From: a virus
Lineage: Duplodnaviria > Caudoviricetes
Length of the DNA: 64,000 bases
Strand: one strand, 5' to 3'
IMG/VR virus record: IMGVR_UViG_3300029288_000066
Span: 64,001 to 128,000 of that record
Shown: positions 9,585 to 19,208 of the stretch, piece after piece
Layout: each line of letters opens with the position of its first letter
How positions within the stretch are numbered: the stretch's first letter is position 1
Position numbers and translations under genes: made by a program
The notes under the pieces: model-generated
What the model was told of the DNA's origin: nothing
The model's database searches: none
Seen by the model: only the letters and a program-made list of their open reading frames with translations

Positions 9585-10391
9585 TTATGCGTATTTAAAT
9601 TTAAAGATTTTTTTATCTAACCACTTGAAAAGAATGTCTTGCAAAAATCCAATAACTATTATTATAACAATAATCGCAAAAATTTTATCTAACCTACTTT
9701 GTTTTGCAGATGTGTAAATCATTGCACCAATTCCCCCTTCATTGTTTACCATTTCTGCTACAATAATATATGTATAGGATATGGCAGTGATTACCCTAAT
9801 ATCAGAAAACAACTTTGACATAACAGAAGGCCAATACACCTTCGCAAAGGTTTGCCAGCTGTTGGCACCCAAAGTATAAATTGTATCAAGGTGGATTTTT
9901 TCCGTTTCAAAAACACGCTGAACTACCATGGGCAATAAATAAACTATAATACCAAATGCTAAAAAATTCACTTTCATTCCAGTGGAAATTCCATACCAAG
10001 CAATAAATACACCTACAAGTCCAGTAAGAGGAACATATCTTAATGCGTCAATGTATTTACTGAACATACTTCTAAAAAATGGTATCAGTGCAATTAAAAA
10101 CCCAACTGGTATAGCTAAAGCAATGGCTTTAATATATCCACCAACATTCAACTTTATAGAATATATGACGTTTGCAATTAGATTGTCTTTACTAAAAAGC
10201 TCGCCAAAAGACAATATAACGCTTTCTGGACTCGGAATTGTTTGCGGCTTAACCAAACCAGTTCCCGTAGTTATTGTATACCAGATAGCCATTAAAACAC
10301 CAAATCCAACGATTCCCACTACCAGTGAAAGGCTATCAGATATTTTTCCGCCTGATTTAAAAAGTGATTTAAGAGTTTTCATTTTTTTCAC
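9585..10391 (-). CDS. ABC transporter permease (TauC/SsuC type)
   Basis: Multiple TM helices, EAA-like loop LDTIYTLGA, IIVAEM..GIG. Confidence 0.9.
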   Translation of the reverse strand: MKKMKTLKSLFKSGGKISDSLSLVVGIVGFGVLMAIWYTITTGTGLVKPQTIPSPESVILSFGELFSKDNLIANVIYSIKLNVGGYIKAIALAIPVGFLIALIPFFRSMFSKYIDALRYVPLTGLVGVFIAWYGISTGMKVNFLAFGIIVYLLPMVVQRVFETEKIHLDTIYTLGANSWQTFAKVYWPSVMSKLFSDIRVITAISYTYIIVAEMVNNEGGIGAMIYTSAKQSRLDKIFAIIVIIIVIGFLQDILFKWLDKKIFKFKYA

Positions 10392-10401
10392 TTAAAGGAT
10401 T

Positions 10402-10433
10402 AAAAAAAGCGCTCAAGTCTTTGAGCGCTTTTT
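10402..10433 (-). terminator. Intrinsic terminator / stabilising hairpin inside the ABC operon
   Basis: AAAAAGCGCTCAA..TTGAGCGCTTTTT inverted repeat with A/T tails, between the SBP-OmpA and permease genes. Confidence 0.75.
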
Positions 10434-10448
10434 CACATTCAAAATTAA

Positions 10449-11969
10449 TTAGTCTTTAACAAGTTGGAAGTCGGTGGTTCTGTAATTTTCATCACTACCG
10501 AATGAACCTGCAGCAATGGCATGCTTTGACCCATTACCCGTTACAATGATTCTGTTTTTATCAAAACCGTACATCATAATTAAATAATCGGCAACAGCCT
10601 GGGCTCTTTCTTGAGATAATGTTATATTATATGCGGCATTTCCTGTATTATCAGTGTTACCTTCGATGCGGATTCTCGCTCCAGCATTTGTTTTGGCAAT
10701 GTCAGCAAATTCCTTAGTAATTGTTGCCTTGGATTGTCCAGTTAGGGTAAATGAGTTAGTCGGGAAATTAATTACAACTTTCTTAGTTGAATATGCTGTT
10801 TTGGTCTTCATTTCGTCGGTAGCAACATCAAATTTCTTTGACACTTCTGCTAATTGTCCGTTTCCAGTGAGAGTACATGCTTTAACAAAAGTCATATCAG
10901 AAACATCTTTCCACGACAAAGGATTATCGGCTTTTTTAATTTTTTGGTATTCACCAGACATTGATGTATAGAGCATATCTCCTGTTACGGCTTTGTTGTC
11001 TCCGATGCCAAAGAAGTTTTTATTATCGCCAGCATTTGTATATCTTACGTTATCCATTGAGGCCAGAGCATCTGCTTCTGACATTTGAAATTTATCGGCG
11101 AGTATTTTAGCGGCTTTAGCTCTTGCTCCATCCTTGTCGGCATTAAGCTCGGCAGCTCCAACCATCCATCCGTCATAAAGCTTCTGCAGCTTTTCGGAAT
11201 TCTTTTTAATATATTCTTCTTTTGCAATAAAACAGTCGGCAATAATATACATAGCCTCTTTTGTGCTTGTTAATATTTTTGCACCAGTTACTTTTTTAAC
11301 ACAGTCAATATCGTCTGGAGACCAAACAACAGCTGCGGCAACTGCACCCTGTTTAAATGTACTTGCAGCATCAATAGCATTAGGAACGGCTTTTACCTGA
11401 ATATCATCAATTGTCATTTGGTTCGCTTTTAACATATTAATTAAAAACGAATGACTTGGAGTTCCTTCAGCAACGGCCACAGATTTACCTTTAAGGTCGG
11501 AGAACTTTTCTATTGATTGGTCTACAACAATGGCATCACCACCACGAGACCAGTCTGCTTGGAATAAAATTTTAGGATTAGATAAGGCCATAGTGCCCTG
11601 TCTACTCATTTCTGTCGGAAGAGCATCCACAGTACACCACAAAAGGTCTACTTCACCAGATTCAAAGGCTTTTCTTGAAGCTACGAAATCATCGAGCAAA
11701 ACAAATTGCACCTGAATACCATATTCTTTGTAATAACGGCACTCCATGTTTGGTTCAAAGCCGTTATTCATATACTGACCTGCAGCATACCCTGGCCATG
11801 TTACCACACCGATTTTAATTACTTCTCCGCTTACTGTTTTTCCAGCAAATGAGTTGATTTTGTCCTTGAAGGAGAAATACAGTACTCCAAGAACCACTAC
11901 TACTAAGACGGCAATTACAAACCCACCTCTTGTTGTTAAGCCACCAGTTTTTGTTGTTGTTGTGTTCAT
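10449..11969 (-). CDS. Membrane-anchored ABC substrate-binding protein fused to a C-terminal OmpA peptidoglycan-binding domain
   Basis: N-terminal TM; NMT1/SsuA-like core (DWSRGGDAIV, LKGKSVAVAEGTPSH); IEGNTDNTG..LSQERAQAV OmpA motif. Confidence 0.88.
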   Translation of the reverse strand: MNTTTTKTGGLTTRGGFVIAVLVVVVLGVLYFSFKDKINSFAGKTVSGEVIKIGVVTWPGYAAGQYMNNGFEPNMECRYYKEYGIQVQFVLLDDFVASRKAFESGEVDLLWCTVDALPTEMSRQGTMALSNPKILFQADWSRGGDAIVVDQSIEKFSDLKGKSVAVAEGTPSHSFLINMLKANQMTIDDIQVKAVPNAIDAASTFKQGAVAAAVVWSPDDIDCVKKVTGAKILTSTKEAMYIIADCFIAKEEYIKKNSEKLQKLYDGWMVGAAELNADKDGARAKAAKILADKFQMSEADALASMDNVRYTNAGDNKNFFGIGDNKAVTGDMLYTSMSGEYQKIKKADNPLSWKDVSDMTFVKACTLTGNGQLAEVSKKFDVATDEMKTKTAYSTKKVVINFPTNSFTLTGQSKATITKEFADIAKTNAGARIRIEGNTDNTGNAAYNITLSQERAQAVADYLIMMYGFDKNRIIVTGNGSKHAIAAGSFGSDENYRTTDFQLVKD

Positions 11970-12039
11970 TTTCTTAATTTTTGTTTTTAATTAAAAGTTA
12001 ATAATTTTTGTTTTTACGGTAATCTATACGCAAAAAAAC

Positions 12040-12792
12040 TTAAAAAGTTACACCAAATGTCAGATAAAATTTTTCCATTTGAGGGTTAACGCACAATTGT
12101 GTCACCATTGGAAGACTGTATTGGTCATTGAATTTAATCTTATAATTATAAGCTGCGCCTACATTTACGATTCCAAACCCATCCACATTGTTCAGATAGA
12201 AATCACTTTGTCCAGTAAGCGCTCCAACATACAACTCCCAACTTTCTTTATAATACCTGGCTTCAAAATACGAAGTAAATTTTTTCTCACCAGTGTTATA
12301 TAAATCCCAACCACTATGTAATATGGTAGAGGCCGTTAGTTTTACAGGAAATCTTTTTGAACATAGCCACATTGCATCTGCCACAATATGATGAGAAACG
12401 GCTGTATCAGAATAGTTAAAATAGCTCTGAGAATTCGCAGCTCCAGATAAATCAATATAAAAATCAGTAACAGCAAACTTTAATCGGTTAAAAAATGTGT
12501 ATGATGCATACAAATCTGCTTCATAATAATTATTAAGAGTACTCAAAGAGCCTACTGTTCCAATTTCAAAATTACCAATTGTTAATCCTAAAATAGGCTG
12601 TAAATTTGGTTTGTTGTCGAGCATAGTGCCTCTCCACACGTATTGGCTTACTACACCAACATTTGCAAACGGTTCCACTTTAACTTTACAGGTATCAACT
12701 TTAGTTGAATCTGTTGTTGCGGCTGAGGATTGGTACACCAAGAATAGTGTCAGACCAACCATTAATGATATAAAAATTATAAATCTTTTCAT
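12040..12792 (-). CDS. Putative outer-membrane beta-barrel (TorF-like porin)
   Basis: Signal peptide, SQYVWRG..QP, EADLYASY, C-terminal LTFGVTF (BAM-type terminal Phe). Confidence 0.7.
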   Translation of the reverse strand: MKRFIIFISLMVGLTLFLVYQSSAATTDSTKVDTCKVKVEPFANVGVVSQYVWRGTMLDNKPNLQPILGLTIGNFEIGTVGSLSTLNNYYEADLYASYTFFNRLKFAVTDFYIDLSGAANSQSYFNYSDTAVSHHIVADAMWLCSKRFPVKLTASTILHSGWDLYNTGEKKFTSYFEARYYKESWELYVGALTGQSDFYLNNVDGFGIVNVGAAYNYKIKFNDQYSLPMVTQLCVNPQMEKFYLTFGVTF

Positions 12793-12838
12793 TTTAAATC
12801 TTCTTTTAAAATATTGCATGACTTTCTTTTTTTATTAA

Positions 12839-13846
12839 TTAAAAATATTTACCTGTTGATTCGTCTTTCTTTAAGGTTTTTATCCCTTCGGCAGATTTTT
12901 TTGATACTGGTATTAACACAGGTTCTTTGTCTGAACTAAAATCACTAAAGAACGAGTCAAATCCACCATTTTCATATTCTTCCAACATTTTCATTCCATC
13001 TTCTGCAAAAATACCCTGTTCGATGTCAATGCTTGACACAAGACTTGCAGACATGTCCATAAATCTGTCCATGGTTCCAAGTTTCTGAGAAACTTCTTCT
13101 TCCATCTTATCCAAGGCCAATTCAAACATAGCCCTGTCATTAGGATTTCCGTTTAATATAGACATGCTTGCAGTTAAAGCTGCATAAGCCTGTCTAATTG
13201 TTTTGTATTCAATTTCCTTCTGTTCTACATCATCTTTCAAATCTTCAATGACGAACCCTGAAACTTCATACATTTTTTTAAGGACAGTATAAATCTTTTG
13301 AATTTTCGAAAGAAGGTCTGTCAATTTAATAGTTCCATCTTTTCTTCTGCCAGCTTTTCTCGCTTCAATCCATGCCTGACCCTTCTGTTCTTGTTCTTTT
13401 GCGCTGGAAGCAATTCTTAAACTTTTTTCGATATCGTTTTTATTATCAGATATCTTTCTTTCCAAACCACGAATTTCACCAGAAAGCCTGGCAATGTGGT
13501 CATTCATTACCACATGGTTCTTTTCCAAATTTTCAATGTGAATTTTAATTATTGCTATTGGATTAAGTTCTACGAATACACCAGTGATGTATCTCATAAA
13601 CATTTTAAATCCAAAGGAAGCAAGATTTTGCACCTTCTTGCTTGTCACAACAAAAATTAACAAAAATAAAGCTCCGAGAAGCAACAATGCATGAAGCGTG
13701 TTGGTTAGAAGAATTATGATATAAGGGAGTAACATGTACAACCCAATGGCTGCACCAATTCCCATTAACCACAAAAAGACTTTTCCCACTTTACCTTCTG
13801 GTTTTTGAAAGAAACCTTTAACTCCTTTTTCTAAGTTGTTTTCCAT
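12839..13846 (-). CDS. Two-TM, long coiled-coil protein (PspA-like)
   Basis: Two hydrophobic helices, then NPIAII and a long heptad region. Confidence 0.65.
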   Translation of the reverse strand: MENNLEKGVKGFFQKPEGKVGKVFLWLMGIGAAIGLYMLLPYIIILLTNTLHALLLLGALFLLIFVVTSKKVQNLASFGFKMFMRYITGVFVELNPIAIIKIHIENLEKNHVVMNDHIARLSGEIRGLERKISDNKNDIEKSLRIASSAKEQEQKGQAWIEARKAGRRKDGTIKLTDLLSKIQKIYTVLKKMYEVSGFVIEDLKDDVEQKEIEYKTIRQAYAALTASMSILNGNPNDRAMFELALDKMEEEVSQKLGTMDRFMDMSASLVSSIDIEQGIFAEDGMKMLEEYENGGFDSFFSDFSSDKEPVLIPVSKKSAEGIKTLKKDESTGKYF

Positions 13847-13870
13847 TTTTTTGTTTTTAAAGTAAATAAA

Positions 13871-14578
13871 TTATTGAATATGTTGTTCGATTTTTGTTTT
13901 GTAATCAAGGATTTGAGCCTGCAATTGTGCAACCGTAACTTCAAAATCTGCCTGTTTCTGTTCAATGAAAATTTTTGAATTGGATGATTCTGTTTTTGCA
14001 ACTGCAATTTCGTCGCTGATTTTCTGAATTTCCTCCGTCAGCTTTTGAATTTGTTCGTTCTTTTCTTTTGCAGATGTAGATAGCTGCTCAACATAAGCAT
14101 CCTTTTGTTCTACCTCTTCTGAAAGTTTCCTTTGCATTTCTTTTTGGAACCCTTTTCTTTCGGATTCAATTACATTCAAATAATGGTCAATTGATTTTAC
14201 CAAATGGTCTTTAGTCATTCCATCCGAAGTGGAAAGAGTTGCAAAGACCATATTCATCTTATCTTTCTCTGCAGCTGATACGCTTGACATTTTTGTTAAA
14301 GACTGCATGAACTCCAAAAAATCGTTGCCAGGAAGATTGTTTTCCTCAATAGCAGATGACAGCTTTTCGAAAATGTCATTGTCAACGTTGCCGACCACTT
14401 GGCCAGATACTGTATTAGCTAATGGTGCAAAAGAAAGTTTTGACTTTTTAACTTCTTGCGCTGGAGCTGGAGTTTGTTTTTCTTCAGTGTTTTTCACAGA
14501 AGAGTTTTTTTCAGTAGTTTGTTCTTCTACTTCTTCGGGGGCTGCATTTACAAGACCCATTTTAGCAAAAAAATTCAT
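13871..14578 (-). CDS. Coiled-coil protein, first gene of the ABC/OmpA operon
   Basis: MNFFAKMGLV amphipathic N-terminus, PGNDFLEF, long coiled coil; ECF-type promoter at 14613-14637. Confidence 0.7.
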   Translation of the reverse strand: MNFFAKMGLVNAAPEEVEEQTTEKNSSVKNTEEKQTPAPAQEVKKSKLSFAPLANTVSGQVVGNVDNDIFEKLSSAIEENNLPGNDFLEFMQSLTKMSSVSAAEKDKMNMVFATLSTSDGMTKDHLVKSIDHYLNVIESERKGFQKEMQRKLSEEVEQKDAYVEQLSTSAKEKNEQIQKLTEEIQKISDEIAVAKTESSNSKIFIEQKQADFEVTVAQLQAQILDYKTKIEQHIQ

Positions 14579-14635
14579 AGTTTTTTAAATTAATTTTTTT
14601 TATTTGTTGACTTATACGAGAAAAAATGAAATTTG

Positions 14636-15559
14636 TTATACATAAAGTTTGTTTCTCATAATATATTCAAAAACATCATGAGTGATAACCTTTAACAATG
14701 ACTCTTTTATTTCAACATAAGAAAGAGAAGGATAAGGTCTTGTTTCCTCTTTTAGCATTACAAACAACTTCCTTGCTTGAGTGGAAGATGCAGCAGAAAC
14801 TGAATTGCCCCCTTCGTCCTGTATATAAATGTGAGGTGGCTGCAAATACCAATTAATCCAATCGTCTCTTTTTATACCATTTCTTGGAGACACAATAAAA
14901 GGAACATCCATCTTTAACAATTCATCAGAATTATACCAATCTTTTATTGTATTTGCCCTATCAATTCCTATAACAAAAGCAAACCGATAATTGTCATATT
15001 CCTTATCGTGAATTAATTTATTCAAAAGATGATATGTCTCTCCATGCAATTGATGTTTTATTTCATAATCACACACCTTAATTCTTCCATCATTTTTGGT
15101 TGCAATTTTAAGCATTTCCAACCTATGCTCTGGGGAGACCATTTCTTTGCCATCCATATGTTGATATACTGGCATCATCCATACTTCGTCAGCCCACTTG
15201 CTTACTTTTAAAACAAGCTCAGCAAGCTCTATGTGAGCTACGGTAACTGGGTCAAAAGCGCCTCCAAGTATTGCTACCTGAGTTTTTCTCCCCCTACCTT
15301 TGTATTGAAGCATTCTGCTGTGAATCTTTGCACTATTGTCTCTAATAAGTTCTGCAAAGTCCCAACCACTTTCGTTACAAAGCTGAATTAAACTAGCAAG
15401 CAAATCACCAGTCTCTTCCTTAAGGTTGGCAAGGTTTGTATAGTTACAAAGCTCTCTACACTCGCCTGCAATATCCTCCAACCTTTTTGTCAAAGGTGTA
15501 TGAATAAAGGCTTCTGTAAATACCTTATCTACTATTTCCTGTATTTTCTTGTGGTCCAA
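14636..15559 (-). CDS. nadD: MazG-like domain fused to nicotinate/nicotinamide mononucleotide adenylyltransferase
   Basis: N-terminal ECREL..LKEETGDLL; GGAFDPVTVAH, HRLEML, FVIGID and SSTQAR NadD motifs. Confidence 0.85.
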   Translation of the reverse strand: MDHKKIQEIVDKVFTEAFIHTPLTKRLEDIAGECRELCNYTNLANLKEETGDLLASLIQLCNESGWDFAELIRDNSAKIHSRMLQYKGRGRKTQVAILGGAFDPVTVAHIELAELVLKVSKWADEVWMMPVYQHMDGKEMVSPEHRLEMLKIATKNDGRIKVCDYEIKHQLHGETYHLLNKLIHDKEYDNYRFAFVIGIDRANTIKDWYNSDELLKMDVPFIVSPRNGIKRDDWINWYLQPPHIYIQDEGGNSVSAASSTQARKLFVMLKEETRPYPSLSYVEIKESLLKVITHDVFEYIMRNKLYV

Positions 15560-15561
15560 CT

Positions 15562-15765
15562 TTATTCGCTTTCATTTAGCAACTGCTTCTTGCTTTTATA
15601 TGGAAAGAATCTTCCAATAACAATACCAAGAGCGAAAATAATAACTGCTACGAGTCCCAACATAAGCTTAAAGAGAAAAACTCCAAGCGCAAGAACATAA
15701 GAACCAATAAGGCATGCAATAACAATTAATGCGATAACTAATAAGATAATTAAATACTTGTTCAT
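15562..15765 (-). CDS. Small two-TM membrane protein
   Basis: Highly hydrophobic; ECF-type promoter at 15785. Confidence 0.65.
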   Translation of the reverse strand: MNKYLIILLVIALIVIACLIGSYVLALGVFLFKLMLGLVAVIIFALGIVIGRFFPYKSKKQLLNESE

Positions 15766-16087
15766 AGTAAAAATTTTTTTAGGTTATACGTACAAAATTA
15801 AAAAAAGTTTCTTAGATTAAGAATATAAAGGTCACAATGTCCGTTATATTGTCCCTTATGTTGCTTTTTTGAAAAAGTTATCGGACATTTATAGGACATG
15901 TCCGATATTATTTTTTATCAAGAACCCATTTGCCTTTTATCCAAACTCTGTATTTTTTTAAATCATAATCATAATCCACCCACCTTTGGCAGTCATTACA
16001 AAAGTGACAATCGTGTAAGGGAGCCCAAGATGTGTTAACATGCTTACAGGGTTCTTTTTTATCTGATGTTTCCATTTTTTTTACTTA

Positions 16088-16378
16088 TTACTGAATTACA
16101 TAGCACAAAACAATTAATGCATGGTCGTCTTCTTTATAATGTTTTTTACATCCTTCCCCTGACTTACATCCCTGGTCACAAAAATATTTATGTGTAGACA
16201 TTACATCATGAATTAAAAAATATTTAGTTTTTTTGTTAGATATCATGGCTATCTCATCGCTTAATGTGCCACGCAGTTTTATGGGCTTTACGCTCCAACA
16301 ATATAGTTTCCCATCAATTAATTGTGGGTCTTTTGTGTTTTCGTCTTGAATTGGGTTGTCTACAAATATTACTTGCAT
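16088..16378 (-). CDS. Hypothetical protein
   Basis: ORF in the minus-strand run. Confidence 0.55.
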   Translation of the reverse strand: MQVIFVDNPIQDENTKDPQLIDGKLYCWSVKPIKLRGTLSDEIAMISNKKTKYFLIHDVMSTHKYFCDQGCKSGEGCKKHYKEDDHALIVLCYVIQ

Positions 16379-16390
16379 TATTATATATTT

Positions 16391-16750
16391 TTAATGACTA
16401 AAAATGTTAACATCCCCATTTAAATCTATTTTCAATCGCTTGTTGTCTTTAATAGATTCAAATTTATTTTCGAACTTTTCAGCGAATTTTTGCCAATTAT
16501 TTATATCATTAAATTTTTCGTTTTTCTCAAACAACTCAACCTGTCTGTTATATCCTATTTTTATTGACACCCAAGATGTGTGATATTGGTCTACGTCTTC
16601 AAATAGTTCCAGAGTATAATCAACATCTTTTAAATGCTTATCAATCCACTTGCTGAAAACAGATTTAATTCTATCGAAGAAAATCAGCATTTCAACATGA
16701 GTGCTCAATAAATATAATTCCTTGATAAATTTAGATTCCATCTCCATCAT
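16391..16750 (-). CDS. Hypothetical protein
   Basis: ORF in the minus-strand run. Confidence 0.55.
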   Translation of the reverse strand: MMEMESKFIKELYLLSTHVEMLIFFDRIKSVFSKWIDKHLKDVDYTLELFEDVDQYHTSWVSIKIGYNRQVELFEKNEKFNDINNWQKFAEKFENKFESIKDNKRLKIDLNGDVNIFSH

Positions 16751-17030
16751 ATAGTTTATCTATGTGACCACATTTTTTACATGGTATCATTATTGTTTCT
16801 GCTTTATGAACAATTGGCATTTGTTGACCTTCCTCAACACCATGAGCACGCTCTCTTTGCATCATTAACTTTAAATACGATTCTGAATAATATAAACTAC
16901 CATCAGCATATTCAATACAGTCTGCGTTCTTTCTTCCTTTGTTCTCTTTCAAATAATTTTCAACAAATTCAATCTGTACAGAATCCAATTTAATAGACTC
17001 CAACATACTTTTAAATTCTTCGGTTATCAT
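16731..17030 (-). CDS. Hypothetical protein
   Basis: ORF in the minus-strand run; C-terminal CxxC. Confidence 0.55.
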   Translation of the reverse strand: MITEEFKSMLESIKLDSVQIEFVENYLKENKGRKNADCIEYADGSLYYSESYLKLMMQRERAHGVEEGQQMPIVHKAETIMIPCKKCGHIDKLYDGDGI

Positions 17031-17042
17031 TTTTGCTTGTTT

Positions 17043-17561
17043 TTAAATCAATTTCTTTGGCAATCCATTTATGGCCAGATGAAAATTGCTATAGGTGCTG
17101 TCCTCTGTTACTTCTCTCCCAAACCAAGCTGGGGGGACAAAGGCATCGCACTCTTCTTCGGTGTTGAATTCGACCTCAATTGAATATAGCCCTTCCAATT
17201 TGTTTTTGTAAACATCCAAGTCGGCCTTTCTCTTACTGTCATCCAAAAACACTTCATATCTATGTTTGTGAACTGTAAGATGGTCGCATAACGGCCACAA
17301 AACACCAAATTGCGGCTTCAATATTTCTATTTCAAACTCTTCTCTTTTCTTATTTCCAAATCCCTTTATTGTTTGAAAGTATCTGTCTCCAATGCTGTAC
17401 TGGTCTTGCGTCATATAAATAACCTGCCTTAACCTATACAGATAGCTGCTTCCTATGTTTTGAATGTACCCCTGAGTTGTGTCCCCATAGATATAGTGTG
17501 ACAAATCTGGCAGGTTTTCTTTGCTAAGCAAAAACTTTCTTTCAATTTCTGTATTTTTCAT
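17043..17561 (-). CDS. CYTH-domain protein (triphosphatase/adenylate cyclase fold)
   Basis: EIERKFL, REEFEIEI, KHRY, EVEF, PAWFGREVT..YSN. Confidence 0.88.
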   Translation of the reverse strand: MKNTEIERKFLLSKENLPDLSHYIYGDTTQGYIQNIGSSYLYRLRQVIYMTQDQYSIGDRYFQTIKGFGNKKREEFEIEILKPQFGVLWPLCDHLTVHKHRYEVFLDDSKRKADLDVYKNKLEGLYSIEVEFNTEEECDAFVPPAWFGREVTEDSTYSNFHLAINGLPKKLI

Positions 17562-18093
17562 ATGCTAAAGTTTTTATCATTTCCTTTGCCTGAGTGTAGT
17601 TAAACTTAGACACATCTTCTGATATATTTAGTTTTTCGGAAATTTCTTTATGAGTATATTCTTCAATGGCATGCATATTAAAAACAAACCTGAAGCCAGG
17701 CGTTAGTCTCTTAATAATTTCCATTAACTCTACCGCAGGCACCTCGCATAAGCACTCACAATCATCTATGTTGTCTTGTAATCCTGTGGAATCTGAAACG
17801 CTGGAAAACGAAACGTGAAACTCTTTCTTTTTCCTCATGTATTCTATGGCAATATCAACCATAAATTTTTTAGCCCACTTTTCGAAGCTTTCAGAAAAAT
17901 CAAATTTGTGCAAACTGTTAAAAAGATTAATAAATGCATTTTGCAAGACAATTTCTGCTTCTTCCTTGCTTCCAATATATCTAATAAGTAAACCGAAAAA
18001 TTTTGTGCTAAATTTCGAATACAGCTCTCGCTGCGCACTCCTTTTTCCTTTCAGGCATTTTTCTATTAATAATCTTTCATCCATTGCACTCAT
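17542..18093 (-). CDS. ECF (group 4) sigma-70 factor; true start possibly 18084
   Basis: AQRELY..EAEIVLQNAFI..SFEKW (region 2) and LTPGFRFVFNMHAIEEYTHKEISEKLNIS (region 4), typical of Bacteroidota RpoE-like proteins. Confidence 0.9.
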   Translation of the reverse strand: MSAMDERLLIEKCLKGKRSAQRELYSKFSTKFFGLLIRYIGSKEEAEIVLQNAFINLFNSLHKFDFSESFEKWAKKFMVDIAIEYMRKKKEFHVSFSSVSDSTGLQDNIDDCECLCEVPAVELMEIIKRLTPGFRFVFNMHAIEEYTHKEISEKLNISEDVSKFNYTQAKEMIKTLAYEKYRN

Positions 18094-18094
18094 T

Positions 18095-18119
18095 TATACG
18101 CAAGAAAATTAAAAAAGTT
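18095..18119 (-). promoter_or_regulatory. ECF-type promoter AAC-N16-CGTATA directly upstream of the ECF sigma gene
   Basis: Minus strand AAC-TTTTTTAATTTTCTTG-CGTATA; one of about 20 copies. Confidence 0.8.
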
Positions 18120-18501
18120 ATTTCTCTGGCAATAACATTTCTCCAAAAAGTTTTCGCAATTGCTTTTCAGTCAACCTTCTCTTTTTCTTTGGAACATATT
18201 CTTTGAAGTCATCAGACTTTCTTATCTCTTCAACATATTTCCACAAATCCTCCACGTTGGTTAAATCTACCACTTCCTCTCCCTTTTCATCAAACACAAT
18301 TCTTTTTACATCTTCCCACAACCACCAACTTATCCAATCTTCACCCGCTTCTGAATAATGAGATTTTAAAAGAATTGTTATAACATCATGCAAACCTTCT
18401 TTAAGATTTAAATCATCAAATCCAAACTTATAAAGTTTCATGCTTTTATCAGAATCTTTCTTGAGCAGCAAAATAATTTGTTGAAACGCCTCGAATGTCA
18501 T
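18118..18501 (-). CDS. Hypothetical protein
   Basis: ORF with a DWISWWLWE motif. Confidence 0.65.
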   Translation of the reverse strand: MTFEAFQQIILLLKKDSDKSMKLYKFGFDDLNLKEGLHDVITILLKSHYSEAGEDWISWWLWEDVKRIVFDEKGEEVVDLTNVEDLWKYVEEIRKSDDFKEYVPKKKRRLTEKQLRKLFGEMLLPEK

Positions 18502-18505
18502 ATTG

Positions 18506-19117
18506 TTAAATTTTATCGTATTTATTTCTTAACACTTGAATCACGTCCCATGCGTCTTCCACCGCAGTATGGGTTACGCCTTTTTCTATTCCAGCTCTTT
18601 TTAAACACTCATCTAAAGATGGTAACACTTCGTCTTTTCTCCAATCAACGTATAGGGTTGAGGGGTCGATTATTCTTCGACTGAAGAGCGGCGCTACCAA
18701 TTCTTTCCATCCTGGAACGTTTACCAAGAATCTTCCGTCAAAAGATGCATAGTTTTTGCCAGCAATGTTGTTTTTTTTAGAATACTTATTTTTTTCTACC
18801 AAACACACTGTTAGCCACTGCTCAAACTTTTCAGCCAATTGCCATTCTTTTATAATATTGAACTCCTTTGTCATCCTAGCTCTTTCTTCACCATCTGCTG
18901 TAGAAAAATCAGACAATATCTTTATTATTCTTTGATTCATATTTAAAGCAAAAACACTTCCAGAAAGAACTCCTCGCTCTATTATACAATTGAACTTTGG
19001 AACATCTTCGTAATTTAAAAGGCTTTCAGTGTCTTCTACAACAGCACCAAACTCTAATATTAGGTCTGTTTCTGGATTAACTCCAGTTGTTTCTAAATCT
19101 ATGCTTATTATAATCAT
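18506..19117 (-). CDS. DEDDh 3'-5' exonuclease
   Basis: SIDLETTG, GKNYASFD, HTAVEDA. Confidence 0.85.
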   Translation of the reverse strand: MIIISIDLETTGVNPETDLILEFGAVVEDTESLLNYEDVPKFNCIIERGVLSGSVFALNMNQRIIKILSDFSTADGEERARMTKEFNIIKEWQLAEKFEQWLTVCLVEKNKYSKKNNIAGKNYASFDGRFLVNVPGWKELVAPLFSRRIIDPSTLYVDWRKDEVLPSLDECLKRAGIEKGVTHTAVEDAWDVIQVLRNKYDKI

Positions 19118-19171
19118 AACTTTTAATTTAAAACATTTAAATGCAATAATAAGAATAAAAAACGAAACTGC

Positions 19172-19203
19172 AAAAAAAATCCCCACTTTTTTATGGTGGG
19201 GAC
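19172..19203 (-). terminator. Intrinsic terminator
   Basis: TCCCCAC/GTGGGGA stem with an A-run on the plus strand. Confidence 0.65.
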
Positions 19204-19208
19204 TAATA

